Below, one piece after another: positions 1 through 10,449 of a stretch of 64,000 nt of DNA (its first letter is position 1; each line of letters opens with the position of its first letter). Both the position numbers and the translations under genes were made by a program. Below the pieces are notes generated by a model. That model had not been told where the DNA came from, ran no database searches, and saw only the letters and a list, made by a program, of their open reading frames with translations. Origin of the DNA: Ignavibacteriota bacterium (GTDB lineage Bacteria; Bacteroidota; Ignavibacteria; UBA10030); contig CAVSHO010000011.1 in assembly GCA_963727825.1 (NCBI GenBank), positions 192,001 to 256,000 of the forward strand, given 5' to 3'.

Positions 1-3000
1 TGTTCCGTTATTTGTGAAACTTCCTGCAATACCAACAACCGCAGTCGTATTCTCCGTTAATGCACCGCCGTTATTAATAATAACATCCGAACCAAATGAA
101 AGCGTGGCAGCAGCACTCTCAGTGATAGCGCCGCCGTTATTGATTGTTACAGCGCCGATGAAGGTCTGAGTGTTTGTTGCAGCTGTAGATATCGCCAGCG
201 TACCACCTGTTCCGCCACCTACAGTAGTTGTGCCCATTACAGTAAGTGCATATGTAGCGTTAGATGTAAATGTCGTTCCATCTCCTATCGAAAGATTGCC
301 GCCGATGGTAGTTGCAATACCTGTACTGGTATTCGTACTTCCACTTGTACTAAGGTTATTAAACGTTGTACTTGCCGAACCACCGATGACCTGAGTTGTT
401 CCATTGAAAGTAACAGTGCCAGTAGCGGGTGTAAATGTGCCTCCATTGTTCGTCCAGCTACCGCTTACGATAAGAGTATTTGTCGTGCTGTTGGTAAGCG
501 TTGCTCCAGAATTAATGACAATGGAACTTGCCGTCTGATTATTTGTATTTATTGTGATAGTGCCCGTGCTTTGAATTGTAATTTGAGTTGCTGAACTTGT
601 AGGAGCCGCTGTTGCCAGATACCAATTAATGTTGTCATGTGAGCTCTGCCAATTTGATGCGGTGCTCCAGTTTCCTGTGGCGATGGATCTGAAATAATCA
701 GTTGCCGAAGAAGTGAATGCTGGTCCTACAACAAAGTCACTAAAACTATTTAGTCCTGATACTTGGGTTGTATAAGGTCCGGAACCTGCATTTATTACGG
801 GAGTTGGAGATGTCCATACCGACGCAGTATATTTACCGACAATAAAACCAGTATTATTACTACCTCCAATAATATCACCTGCATTATAAGTGAACGTCGG
901 AGAATAAGTAGTAAAAACAATGCCAGAATTAGTTAAAGTCCAATACAAGCCAACATCTTTTGAACCATCTACCGGTGAGCCGGTATTAGGTTCTTGTCCG
1001 GAAGTAACGTTGGCAGTGAGGTTTCCTCCAGTCGTGACCGATGCAAAATTAACACTAACAGGAGTATAGCTTGAGGATGTTCCCACATCAAAAGTATAAT
1101 TATTAGCTCCTGTAGCAATTGCTCTTTGCAGGTTGCCTACTATCTGCCCGCTTGTCCGAGATACAGCGTTGGCTGCACTATTTGTGACAATAAGTGTGTA
1201 AGATCCCGTAGCAATATTCCCCGAGTTTAACTTGAGGTTATTACTTACCGTTGTTGCTGCCCCAAGTGTCCCTATTTGTGTTGACTTGTCTATCGTAAGG
1301 TTATAATATGTTGTACCATTTATTGTCTGCCCTCCGGTTGTGCTGTTGTAATCTGCCGTATTGCCTGTCGCAGTCGCCGTCAGTGTAGTCGATCCAACCG
1401 TTGCTGCACCTATATTAAGAATCGCATTTGCAGCTTGCACAAAAGTACCGGTACCTGCCCATGTGGTGGTAATATTTAATCCCCCTGCAGCAGTAATGTT
1501 ATTAGTGAGACCCGTTCCCGTGCTGCTGACAGTTATATTGGTAAAGGTGGTCGCGTTTCCATTTATGGATTGTGAAGCGCCTAAAAATGTATAAGTACCT
1601 GTACCTGAATTAAATGTTCCTGTATTGGTAAAATTGCCTGTACTAATTGTCACCGGTTCATTCACCGTATTATTATTCCATGTTCCACCGTTTATATTTA
1701 AACTGCTTACTGTTATCAGAGGTGTTGCTTGAGCCGTGGTGATATTTACAACTCCTCCGGTATTTACAGTTACAGCACCCATTGACCTTGTTCCGGTAGC
1801 ATTATTAAAAGTTAATGTGCCCGTTACAGAAGTGGTCCCTGTTACAGTTAAACTTGTTGCAAAACTGCCAACGAACAATGTACCGCCGCTGACAACAATA
1901 TTACCGCTTACTGAAGTAGTAGTGGTTGTATTGCTGAATACGACTCCGGACGCATTGCTATTATTAAACTCAAGATTACCAAATGTATTAGTTGCGCCAC
2001 CGATAGTTTGAGCATTTGAACTACTCATTAAAATTTTTCCTGCACCTGAATGAGTAGCGTTATTCATTACATTACCATTTACTGTAATTGCATATCCGCC
2101 ATCGGCGAATGTTTCACCGGCTGTCGCTATGGTCAAATTACCTGCAACCGTAATCGCACTTGTTACCGTCTTTGTTCCTGAGGCGCCCGTGATTGTTAAA
2201 TGACCATAGGTCGAAGGACCTACACTTGTAACGCTACCTGCAACATTTTGTGCATTGGTGATTGTGTTATAATTTACCGTTGAAGTTGGATTCAAAGTAA
2301 TATGAGCAGTAGTAAAGTTTGTTGGGAACGAAGTTATTGTTGCGGTGCCTGCGCCGATCTGCAAGGTCGCTCCGGCGGCAACACTCAAAGTTCCTGTTGC
2401 GTTTCCAGTTATCTGGAAGCCGCCATCGGCAAGTGTGCCGTTATTAATAGTAAGGTTACCACTCACTGTGAAAGCTCCGCCCAAAGTAGCCGTATTTGAA
2501 GATTTATCAACTGTAAGATTGAAATAAGGATTGGTTGTAGGCACTTTTATTGTTTGAGCTGCCGTACCCGTGTAGGTAACCAAGTTTGCACTGGTGGCAG
2601 GAATTATAGTTCCGGTTATACTCGTATTTGCCAAAGAAAAACTACCACCGGATGCATTAGTAATAGAACTAGCTCCTGCAATGGCTGATGTCCCTGTTGA
2701 ATTCAATGTTCCATTATTAGTTAATGCAGCATTTATAGTAAATGTACCAGATACATTTACCGTAGTACTGGCATTAATAGCTGTAGCGCCCCCAATAGTT
2801 AGTAATCCAAATGATAATGGATTACCCCCTAAAGTTTTAGTCGCACCATTCAGTGAAGTGGTTCCTGTGGAAGCAGAAAGATCGAAAGATGTTCCATTGT
2901 TGGTTATATTTCCACCGAAGTTAATAGCTGCTGCAACAGCAGTCGCATTAAATGTACCACCACTGATTATAGTTACATCACCGGTAAAAGTTTTTGAACC

Positions 3001-4400
3001 GGTTGCATTGTTTATTGACAAGGTACCGGTTACAGAAGTAGTCCCCGTTACAGTTAAACTTGTTGCAAAACTGCCAACGAACAATGTACCGCCGCTGACA
3101 ACAATATTACCGCTTACTGAAGTAGTAGTGGTTGTATTGCTGAATACAACTCCGGATGCATTGCTATTATTAAATTCAAGATTACCAAATGTATTAGTTG
3201 CGCCACCGATAGTTTGAGCATTTGAACTACTCATTAAAATTTTTCCTGCACCTGAATGAGTAGCGTTATTCATTACATTACCATTTACTGTAATTGCATA
3301 TCCGCCATCGGCGAATGTTTCACCGGCTGTCGCTATAGTCAAATTACCTGCAACCGTAATCGCCTGAAGCCGCTGTTTTTGTGCCTGAGCCCTTGAATGG
3401 TAAGATTTCCATAGGTCGATGGACCGGCACTTGTAACGTTTCCAGCAACATTTTGTCCATTGTGATCGTAGAATTATAATATTACCGTTGAAGTAGCGAC
3501 TAAAGTAATATGAGCAGTAGTATAAAGTTTGTTGGGAACGAAGTTCTTGTTGCGGTGCCTGCGCCGATCTGCAAGGTAGCTCCGTTGGCAACACCCAAAG
3601 TTCCTGTTGCGTTTCCAGTTATCTGAGAATCCGCCATCGGCAAGTGTGCCGTTGAGCACCGATAAATTATTACTCACCGTTGTTGCCGCGCTTAATGTGA
3701 CACCAGCGCTGTTGTTGATCGTAAGATTAAGTGGTGTAGTTGATGTTAATCCATTTCCGGTTACTTGGGCTGCTGTACCATTGTAAATGTAATTTGCTCC
3801 TGCAGTATATGTTCTTGTAGTAGTCTGAATATTACCTGTAGCTCCTGCTGTTGAAATACCGGCTGTTGAACCAACTTGAAGTGTAGCGGTTGCTGCATTG
3901 ATAAACACACCAGCGCCACTTATAATCCCGGCTGGTGGCATAACAAGTGTACCATTGTTAGTAAAAGTATTTGCAGCATTTCCTTCCGTAACAGTTCCAT
4001 TGACAGTCCCTGTAGCTGTCGCTGCGAGTGTAATATTCGGCCTAGTACCATTTGTGTTATTCAATGTGAAGGTCTTTGAAGCAGCTACACTGAATGTTGT
4101 GCTGATAGTAATAGTATTCCCATTTGCAGAAGCTGCAAAAGTACAGGTTCCGTTAATAGTCAGACTATTTAAAGTTATCGTTGGTACTGCTGTAATATTG
4201 CCCGTTTGATCGGCGGGAATAATTACATCATCACCCGTAGTTGGTACCGTGCCACCCCAATTGGCCGCTGTAGTCCATGCACCGCCTGTTGTCGGACTCC
4301 AGGTTCTAGTTGCTGCCATTACCGTTGCGCCAATGAACACAACCATCACCAACAGAACGTTCAGTGCATGCGATATATGATATTTCTTTTTCATTACCAA
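1..4400 (-). CDS. Giant Thr/Gly/Asn-rich secreted repeat protein (beta-helix/adhesin-like, possibly T9SS cargo); C-terminus runs off the window; several apparent indels at ~3364-3630
   Basis: ORF 3474..4400 has a signal peptide (MKKKYHISHALNVLLVMVVFIGATVMA) then TWSPTTGGAWTTAANW. Minus-strand segments I translated by hand between ~3360 and base 1 continue the same style (GNLTINNGTLADGGFQITGN; DYFRSIATGNWSTASNWQSS). Long V/P/L-rich antisense ORFs are the expected shadow of such a gene. Confidence 0.8.
1823..2157. repeat. Intragenic direct repeat, copy A (335 bp core; similarity extends to ~2442)
   Basis: Matches 3029..3363 at an offset of 1206 bp (402 codons), with about 6 mismatches counted by eye. 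Confidence 0.95.
3029..3363. repeat. Intragenic direct repeat, copy B (similarity extends to ~3653)
   Basis: Matches 1823..2157. Shadow ORFs 1736..2011 and 2594..3217 share an identical C-terminal peptide. Confidence 0.95.
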
Positions 4401-4776
4401 GAATTACAAATTATTATCTATGATAGATTCTTATTCCATTATTAATCTGCGAAAGCATTGGTTGCCATCGGTTGCACATGCAATTGCTGCTTGCTAGAAA
4501 GGTACGGTGTACACACTTCAATTCTCCCCCAGAAGTTTACATACAATGCCTTTTCCAGAAGTGTCATGCCCACCTTTATTCTCTTCATATGTAAAATACG
4601 CTTTATTAAGTTCTGTTTCCCTTACAAACTTTCCAGATTTCAATGAACTTATATAAACTGCTTAACATTTTTTTTATAGTAAAAATCTATTCATTTGATA
4701 ACCAAGAATGAAAGGGATAGTATAGTTTTTTAAAAAAATCATTACTTATTTAACCTATTTATTCATATAAATTATG

Positions 4777-4791
4777 TCAATCTACGTGCCA
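4777..4791 (-). promoter_or_regulatory. Candidate sigma54 -24/-12 promoter for the giant repeat protein
   Basis: Minus strand reads TGGCAC-GTAGA-TTGA: GG-N10-GA, canonical spacing, with A in place of C at -12. Confidence 0.6.
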
Positions 4792-4862
4792 TCACAGATT
4801 CCCTTTTTTAAGGAATTTTCGAGTAATCAGTTCAGACTTGTGCACTATTTCGAGAATATTGA

Positions 4863-4873
4863 CTCATAATGAG
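4863..4873. promoter_or_regulatory. Palindrome, candidate enhancer (UAS) for the sigma54 activator
   Basis: CTCAT-A-ATGAG inverted repeat; shares the TCATAATGA core with 4937..4951. Confidence 0.5.
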
Positions 4874-4936
4874 AACACGAATATACTGCGTAAATTAACG
4901 ATAAGAATCAAAATTGGACTTTTATTATACAATTGA

Positions 4937-4951
4937 GTATCATAATGATAC
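4937..4951. promoter_or_regulatory. Palindrome, candidate enhancer (UAS) for the sigma54 activator
   Basis: GTATCAT-A-ATGATAC, perfect 7-bp inverted repeat. Confidence 0.5.
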
Positions 4952-5023
4952 ATGGCTGTAGCGTTTAGTATTTTGATTTGGCATTTTCTACATAATTATT
5001 AGCAATTTTTATAAAAAATATGC

Positions 5024-5038
5024 TGGCATATAGATTGA
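5024..5038 (+). promoter_or_regulatory. Candidate sigma54 -24/-12 promoter for the kinase/regulator operon
   Basis: TGGCAT-ATAGA-TTGA: GG-N10-GA, nearly identical to the element at 4777..4791 on the other strand. Confidence 0.55.
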
Positions 5039-5118
5039 TTGATATTCATTGTCCTTATTTAACCTATCACAATAAATTGCCTTTGATTATGAAATCATTG
5101 ACAAGAGGTGTAAATAGT

Positions 5119-5832
5119 ATGTACAGTGAGCCGGCTGTTTTTGGAACTCAAAAATTGAAGAGCAAAATTGTCAAGCAGATTTCGCATGAATTTCGTACGC
5201 CTCTTACTTCCATAATTGGCTTCGCCGAGATGCTCGAGGAAGATATCCAGATCAACGAAAATCAGCGGATAGAATATGCAAGTTATATCCGGAACGAGGG
5301 GCTGCGGCTAACGAAACTTGTTGACGACCTTGTCGGACTTGATTCTCTTGAGCAAGGACAGGTTCACCTTCAATTGGAAGAATCTGAAATTCAGGAAACA
5401 GTACGGTATGCCGCAAAGTTTGTCGCGGAACAAGCACTTAATAAGTGCATCCACCTTTCTATCGAGATGCCAGACGAACCTATCCTTCTAAACATTGACC
5501 GTGAAAGAATCGTTCACGCTTTATATCAATTACTCCATAATGCCGTTCGATTCACAAAACCTTGTGGCCTTATAAATCTAAAAGTAGAAGCGGCCGACAA
5601 GTTTGCTATAATCTCCATCCATGATGATGGTCCTGGTATTCCGGAAAAAGATATACCATTTCTATTTACAAGATTTGGAAAGCTATACCGTTCAGGCGAA
5701 GAAACGCATGGCAGCGGAGTTGGACTCGCAATCGTAAAACATATTATTGATCAGCATAACGGCGATATCGCTGTACAAAGCAAAGTCGGAGAAGGTTCAA
5801 CCTTCACAATACAAATTCCGATTCTTTCGTAA
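5119..5832 (+). CDS. Cytoplasmic histidine kinase (HisKA + HATPase_c) with no sensor domain
   Basis: H-box SHEFRTPLTSIIGF, N-box LLHNAVRF, G1 DDGPGIP, G2 GSGVGLAIV. Start moved from 5020 to ATG 5119, which follows the SD-like GAGGTG and lies downstream of the putative promoter. Confidence 0.85.
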   Translation: MYSEPAVFGTQKLKSKIVKQISHEFRTPLTSIIGFAEMLEEDIQINENQRIEYASYIRNEGLRLTKLVDDLVGLDSLEQGQVHLQLEESEIQETVRYAAKFVAEQALNKCIHLSIEMPDEPILLNIDRERIVHALYQLLHNAVRFTKPCGLINLKVEAADKFAIISIHDDGPGIPEKDIPFLFTRFGKLYRSGEETHGSGVGLAIVKHIIDQHNGDIAVQSKVGEGSTFTIQIPILS

Positions 5833-5880
5833 TGATTCATTAGAAATCCTTTTTTTCCAAATAGAGGAATTAAATCTATA

Positions 5881-7260
5881 TTGAGCGCAGAACGAATCTA
5901 TATTGTTGATGATGAAATAACAATTGCCAAGCTGCTTGAATTGTGGGTCGGGCATCGATGGGGGTACTCTGTTGAGGTTTTCCATAATGGAAAAGATTTT
6001 TTAGATCGCATAGTAGAGCCTCCTGACCTTGTATTGTTGGACATTATGCTGCCAGATATAAGTGGTATTGATTTATTGAAAGAGTTCAAGCGACGCTATC
6101 CCGAGCTGCCTGTTATCATGCTTTCTGCGCAGGAAAGTATCGAGGTGGCGGTTAATACTCTTAAACTAGGAGCCGCCGACTATTTTAGTAAACCAATTGA
6201 CATGCCGAAGCTGGAACTTGCAATAAAAAATTCTCTCAAACTTGCAGCATTATCCCGTGAAGTTGAGAATTTGCATGAAAGCGTCGGAACACGTTTGCAT
6301 TTCGACAATATAGTTTCACAGAGCGGGGAAATGCAAGATGTGTTTAAACTCGTGAACAAGGTAATGCACATCGATATTTGTGTTCTCATATTAGGCGAAA
6401 GTGGCACAGGCAAAGAGCTCGTAGCTCGTGCAATTCATTATAACAGCGACCGCCGAAGTGGTCCATTTGTAGTCGTGAATTGCGCTTCAATTCCTCACGA
6501 CTTATTAGAAAGCGAACTCTTCGGGCATGAGAAGGGTTCATTTACCGGCGCAATTCAGCGGCGAATTGGAAAATTTGAGCAGGCGAATGGAGGTACAATA
6601 TTTTTAGATGAGATCGGCGAACTTGATCAAAGCCTGCAATCAAAAATACTCCGTGTTATCCAGGAAAAACAATTTGATCGAGTAGGAGGAAGTGAGACAA
6701 TCACAACCGATGCACGACTTATTTTTGCTACACACCGCGATCTTTGGGAAGAAGTGAAACAGAAGAATTTCCGCGAAGATTTATACTTCCGTATTTCGAC
6801 ATTTCCGATTATGCTTCCTCCTCTCCGCCAGCGGAAATCGGATATTCTTTTGCTTGCAGACCATTTTATAAAAAAACTTGGGGAGGAACTCGGGAAGCCA
6901 AATATTCAATTTTCACGCAAAGCTCTCGACTTGCTCTACAACTATCCATGGCCAGGCAACGTGCGCGAATTAGAAAATGTAATTCAACGCGGTTTGGTCT
7001 TGACAGACGGACAGATATTTAGCGAGCGAGAATTACCGATCTTTATTCAGTCTTATGGTTCTGCTGAAACAGACATCAAACAAAATTCAATCTTCCAAGA
7101 GAGCCAGGATTCAATCATTTCATTCGAGAAAATTAAAGAAACCGCTATCCGACAAGCTTTGAAAAATACAAACGGGAATATAGCAGAAGCTGCAAAGAAA
7201 TTAAAAATCGGCCGTGCTACTCTTTATCGGCTCGTAGAAAAATACAAAATTCAAATTTGA
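5881..7260 (+). CDS. Sigma54-dependent response regulator (REC-AAA+-Fis HTH, NtrC family)
   Basis: Receiver motifs VDDE and LLDIMLP, Walker A GESGTGKE, ESELFGHEKGSFTGA, FLDEIGE, WPGNVREL, HTH IGRATLYR. Confidence 0.95.
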   Translation: MSAERIYIVDDEITIAKLLELWVGHRWGYSVEVFHNGKDFLDRIVEPPDLVLLDIMLPDISGIDLLKEFKRRYPELPVIMLSAQESIEVAVNTLKLGAADYFSKPIDMPKLELAIKNSLKLAALSREVENLHESVGTRLHFDNIVSQSGEMQDVFKLVNKVMHIDICVLILGESGTGKELVARAIHYNSDRRSGPFVVVNCASIPHDLLESELFGHEKGSFTGAIQRRIGKFEQANGGTIFLDEIGELDQSLQSKILRVIQEKQFDRVGGSETITTDARLIFATHRDLWEEVKQKNFREDLYFRISTFPIMLPPLRQRKSDILLLADHFIKKLGEELGKPNIQFSRKALDLLYNYPWPGNVRELENVIQRGLVLTDGQIFSERELPIFIQSYGSAETDIKQNSIFQESQDSIISFEKIKETAIRQALKNTNGNIAEAAKKLKIGRATLYRLVEKYKIQI

Positions 7261-7575
7261 TAAATATCCTTTTAGCTGATCTTTAATTATCCTTACTCCC
7301 GCTTGCGTTCTAATTTATTGTTGTGAATTCCCTACCCGTCGCATGCTTACTGTTTTCACAAAGCGATTTCTATACAACTTATTAATTTCACTACAAGTTT
7401 TTAGGTATTAAATCGAAATGGAATAGATCCAATTTGTGTTATTTGCCAACTTTATGAGAAATAGTGATTCTATTTATACGTTCAAAATAAAACCCCGACT
7501 ATTTTTATCAGCCGAGGTTATTAAATGAAATTGTATAATCTTAATTAATCTGTACTAACATAGGAATACAAAGAA

Positions 7576-9034
7576 TTACGCAATATATGTTGATGATGAT
7601 GTATCACCACCGCGTCCCGTCCAGTTAGTATGAAAGAATTCTCCACGGGGTTTATCAATGTGCTCATAAGTATGAGCACCGAAGTAATCGCGCTGGGCTT
7701 GCAATAGATTTGCAGGAAGCCGCTTTTGGCGATAGCCATCGTAAAATGCCAACGAAGAACTCATAGATGGCATAGGAATTCCAATTTGAGCCGCTGTCGC
7801 AACAATCTTCCGCCAAGATTCCTGGCAGCTCGTCATTACCTTTTTGAAGTACGGATCGAGAAGAAGATTTGTGAGGTTTGGATTCTTGTCATAAGCATTT
7901 TTAATTTTTCCAAGGAATGTACTACGAATAATACATCCGCCGCGCCAAAGAAGGGCGATACCTCCATAATTAAGATCCCAATTATATTCCTTGGCAGCTT
8001 CCTTCATTAACATATATCCTTGCGCATATGAAGTTAGCTTAGAGGCATACATTGCCTTTCGGATATCTTCAATAAATTTCTTCTTATTGCCAATGATTTT
8101 ATTCTTTTTAGGCCCTTTCAAAATCTTTGAAGCGATGATGCGTTCATCTTTAATAGCAGAGAGACAACGCGCAAAGACAGCTTCTGAAACCATGGTCATG
8201 GGAATGCCAAGATCAAGAGCTGCAACACTTGTCCATTTGCCTGTTCCTTTTTGACCAGCACTATCGAGAATAGAATCGACGACATATTTATTCTTTTCAT
8301 CTTTATAGTTGAGAATGTCTCGAGTGATTTCGATAAGATAGGACTTCAATTCGCCCTCGTTCCACTCTTTAAAAACCTCATACATTTCTTTATTGCTCAT
8401 GCCCAGACCATCTTTCATCATCTGATAACATTCACAAATAAGTTGCATATCACCATACTCAATACCGTTGTGAACCATCTTTACAAAATGACCGGCTCCA
8501 TCGTTTCCAACCCAATCGCAACAAGGTGTACCATCTTCAACTTTTGCAGCGATCGCTTGAAAAATGGGCTTTACAGATGGCCAGGCCGCTGCCGAACCGC
8601 CAGGCATAATGGACGGGCCTTTTAACGCACCTTCTTCACCTCCGGAAACACCGGTGCCAATAAACAATAATCCCTTACTTTCTAAGTACTTTGTTCTTCT
8701 TATGGTATCGGGAAAATGTGAATTACCGCCGTCGATAATTATATCACCGGGCTCAAGGAAAGGAATTAACTTATCAATGAATTCATCGACTGCTTTGCCC
8801 GCTTTCACCATAAGCATTGCTTTGCGCGGACGTTTCAACGATGCTACAAATGCTTGTATTGAATGCGTACCAATGAATTTTTTTCCGGCGCCGCGTCCCT
8901 GAATAAATTTATCCACCTTCTCTATCGTACGATTAAACACTGAAACAGTGAAACCACGGCTTTCGACGTTGAGCACGAGATTCTCACCCATTACCGCTAA
9001 ACCGATTAATCCGAAATCCGCTTTTATGTTCCAT
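7576..9034 (-). CDS. gnd: 6-phosphogluconate dehydrogenase, decarboxylating (apparent 1-bp insertion near the start)
   Basis: GHFVKMVHNGIEYGDMQ, QAQRDYFGAHTY. The N-terminal ADFGLIGLAVMG lies upstream of the called start, and ATG 9034 is one base out of frame. Confidence 0.95.
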
Positions 9035-9088
9035 TTTTGTTCGTCCTCTATTATTTATGAAACTATTATTTCGATTTCCTCGAATTAA

Positions 9089-10357
9089 TTAAATCGATCT
9101 CCGATACGCCCACAGACCAAGTGCGGGATTTGAAATATAAAAAATCTTTTCTCCATCCGGCATCGTATTAAAACCGTCTTTCAATTTTTCCGGATTGTAT
9201 TTTTTTATCATTTCATCAAGATCTGCATATTTGAAATTGACATTCTCAATTTCCTGCTTCGTTAGATGACCCGGACAATAAGTAATGGAGAACCGATCTT
9301 CAGAAGATCCATGAATCAAATGTGCAGCTGCACCGAGATTGTTTTTCAGATCATCAGAAGTTCTAACGAGTTCTAATACTTTGGTGTGCCAACATAGCCA
9401 TATTTACGAATGAGGACATCGATTTGCTTATCTTCTCCAAATTCTTTCAGTGCAGGAGCCACCACAATAAGCTCTCCGCGATCTGCTATGGCCATACGAG
9501 TTCGATAGATACTCTTGTTGCCAAGCCATGTGCTTTTAAATTCTGAAGGATCCAAAAAAACAATAACTTTCTTCAATGGCTCTTCGACCATTTGGAAATT
9601 CACCTTGAGCGATAACGCAGCTGCAAGATTGAAGCATTCTATATCATCTCCAATATAGAGACCACGAACTTTCAACTGCCCATCTGCCCCAGCCGATACT
9701 ACTGTCTGAATATAAATGATTGGCAGGTGCTTTGCAAAATGATCTGAGGCATAATTATAGACACGCCGGACAGGATTGTCCGCACGTCCCATGATGCGCT
9801 CCATTCCATAAACAGCGCCGAGAAAATGACTTTTATTGATACCTTCTGGTCCACCGGTTCCCACAAGAATATTTTTGTTGTAATTTGCCATACCGATAAC
9901 TTCGTGAGGAACCACCTGGCCAAGCGATAATATCAGATCAAAATTCCCTTCTACAAGAAGTTTATTAACCTGCGCCTTCCATGCGTAATCCAACTTGCCT
10001 TCAGATTGTTGATAAATAAAATCAGAAGGGACTTCACCCAATGTGACGACATCTTTCCGCCAATCGTGCACTCGAAAAAGATTCAAAGGAGTATTGCCGA
10101 ACATCGTCTTAATATCTTTTTCGGTCATGGCAGTATGCGTACCAAGCGCTGGAAGAATATCGGTAAGTTTTTCTTTGTAATATTCCCAAGTGAGTCGTGT
10201 CAGTACGCCCGCATGCGAATGAAATCGAGTAAAATCAGGCGGAATGGCTAAAACTTTTTTCTTCTCACCTAATTTTTCAAATGCTTCAACAAGACCTGTT
10301 TCTTAGATCTTCTTCATCGAGAACATCATTTTCAGAACCGCGCTTATAAAGGAGCAT
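9089..10357 (-). CDS. LarA-family (lactate racemase/DUF2088 domain) nickel-pincer racemase/epimerase, probably a sugar-acid 2-epimerase; split by apparent indels at ~10300 and ~9375
   Basis: Reconstructed N-terminus MLLYKRGSENDVL...KKVLAIPPDFTRFHS...ILPALGTH, then VVPHEVIG, YNKN and NKSH motifs typical of LarA homologues. The pieces are ORFs 9373..10128 and 9089..9319. Confidence 0.75.
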
Positions 10358-10391
10358 AAAGCAATATCCTTTTTACCATCTACTTATAAAA

Positions 10392-10432
10392 CAGAGGAAC
10401 GCCATTGTTAGTTCACCAATGACGTTTCTTCT
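10392..10432 (-). terminator. Intra-operonic hairpin between the kinase and the LarA-family gene
   Basis: Minus strand GAAGAAACGTCATTG-GTGAACTAA-CAATGGCGTTCCTCT followed by GTTTT. Confidence 0.45.
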
Positions 10433-10449
10433 CTATTCTCCAGTAATAA

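Noticed and set aside
1823-3363. Repeat pair as a diversity-generating retroelement TR/VR
   Set aside because: The differences are few, apparently synonymous and not adenine-specific; both copies are internal to one CDS; no reverse transcriptase is in the window.
170-4209. Plus-strand V/P/L-rich ORFs (170..394, 1361..1594, 1736..2011, 2345..2527, 2594..3217, 3898..4209)
   Set aside because: Antisense shadows of the T/G/N-rich giant gene on the minus strand; their composition is what the reverse complement of such codons gives.
4400-4770. Riboswitch in the long leader of the giant gene
   Set aside because: I could not recognise a c-di-GMP, cobalamin, TPP or SAM consensus by eye; an Rfam scan would be needed to exclude one fully.
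5020-5118. N-terminal extension of the histidine kinase as called in the ORF track
   Set aside because: Overlaps the putative sigma54 promoter and has no SD; ATG 5119 has a good SD.
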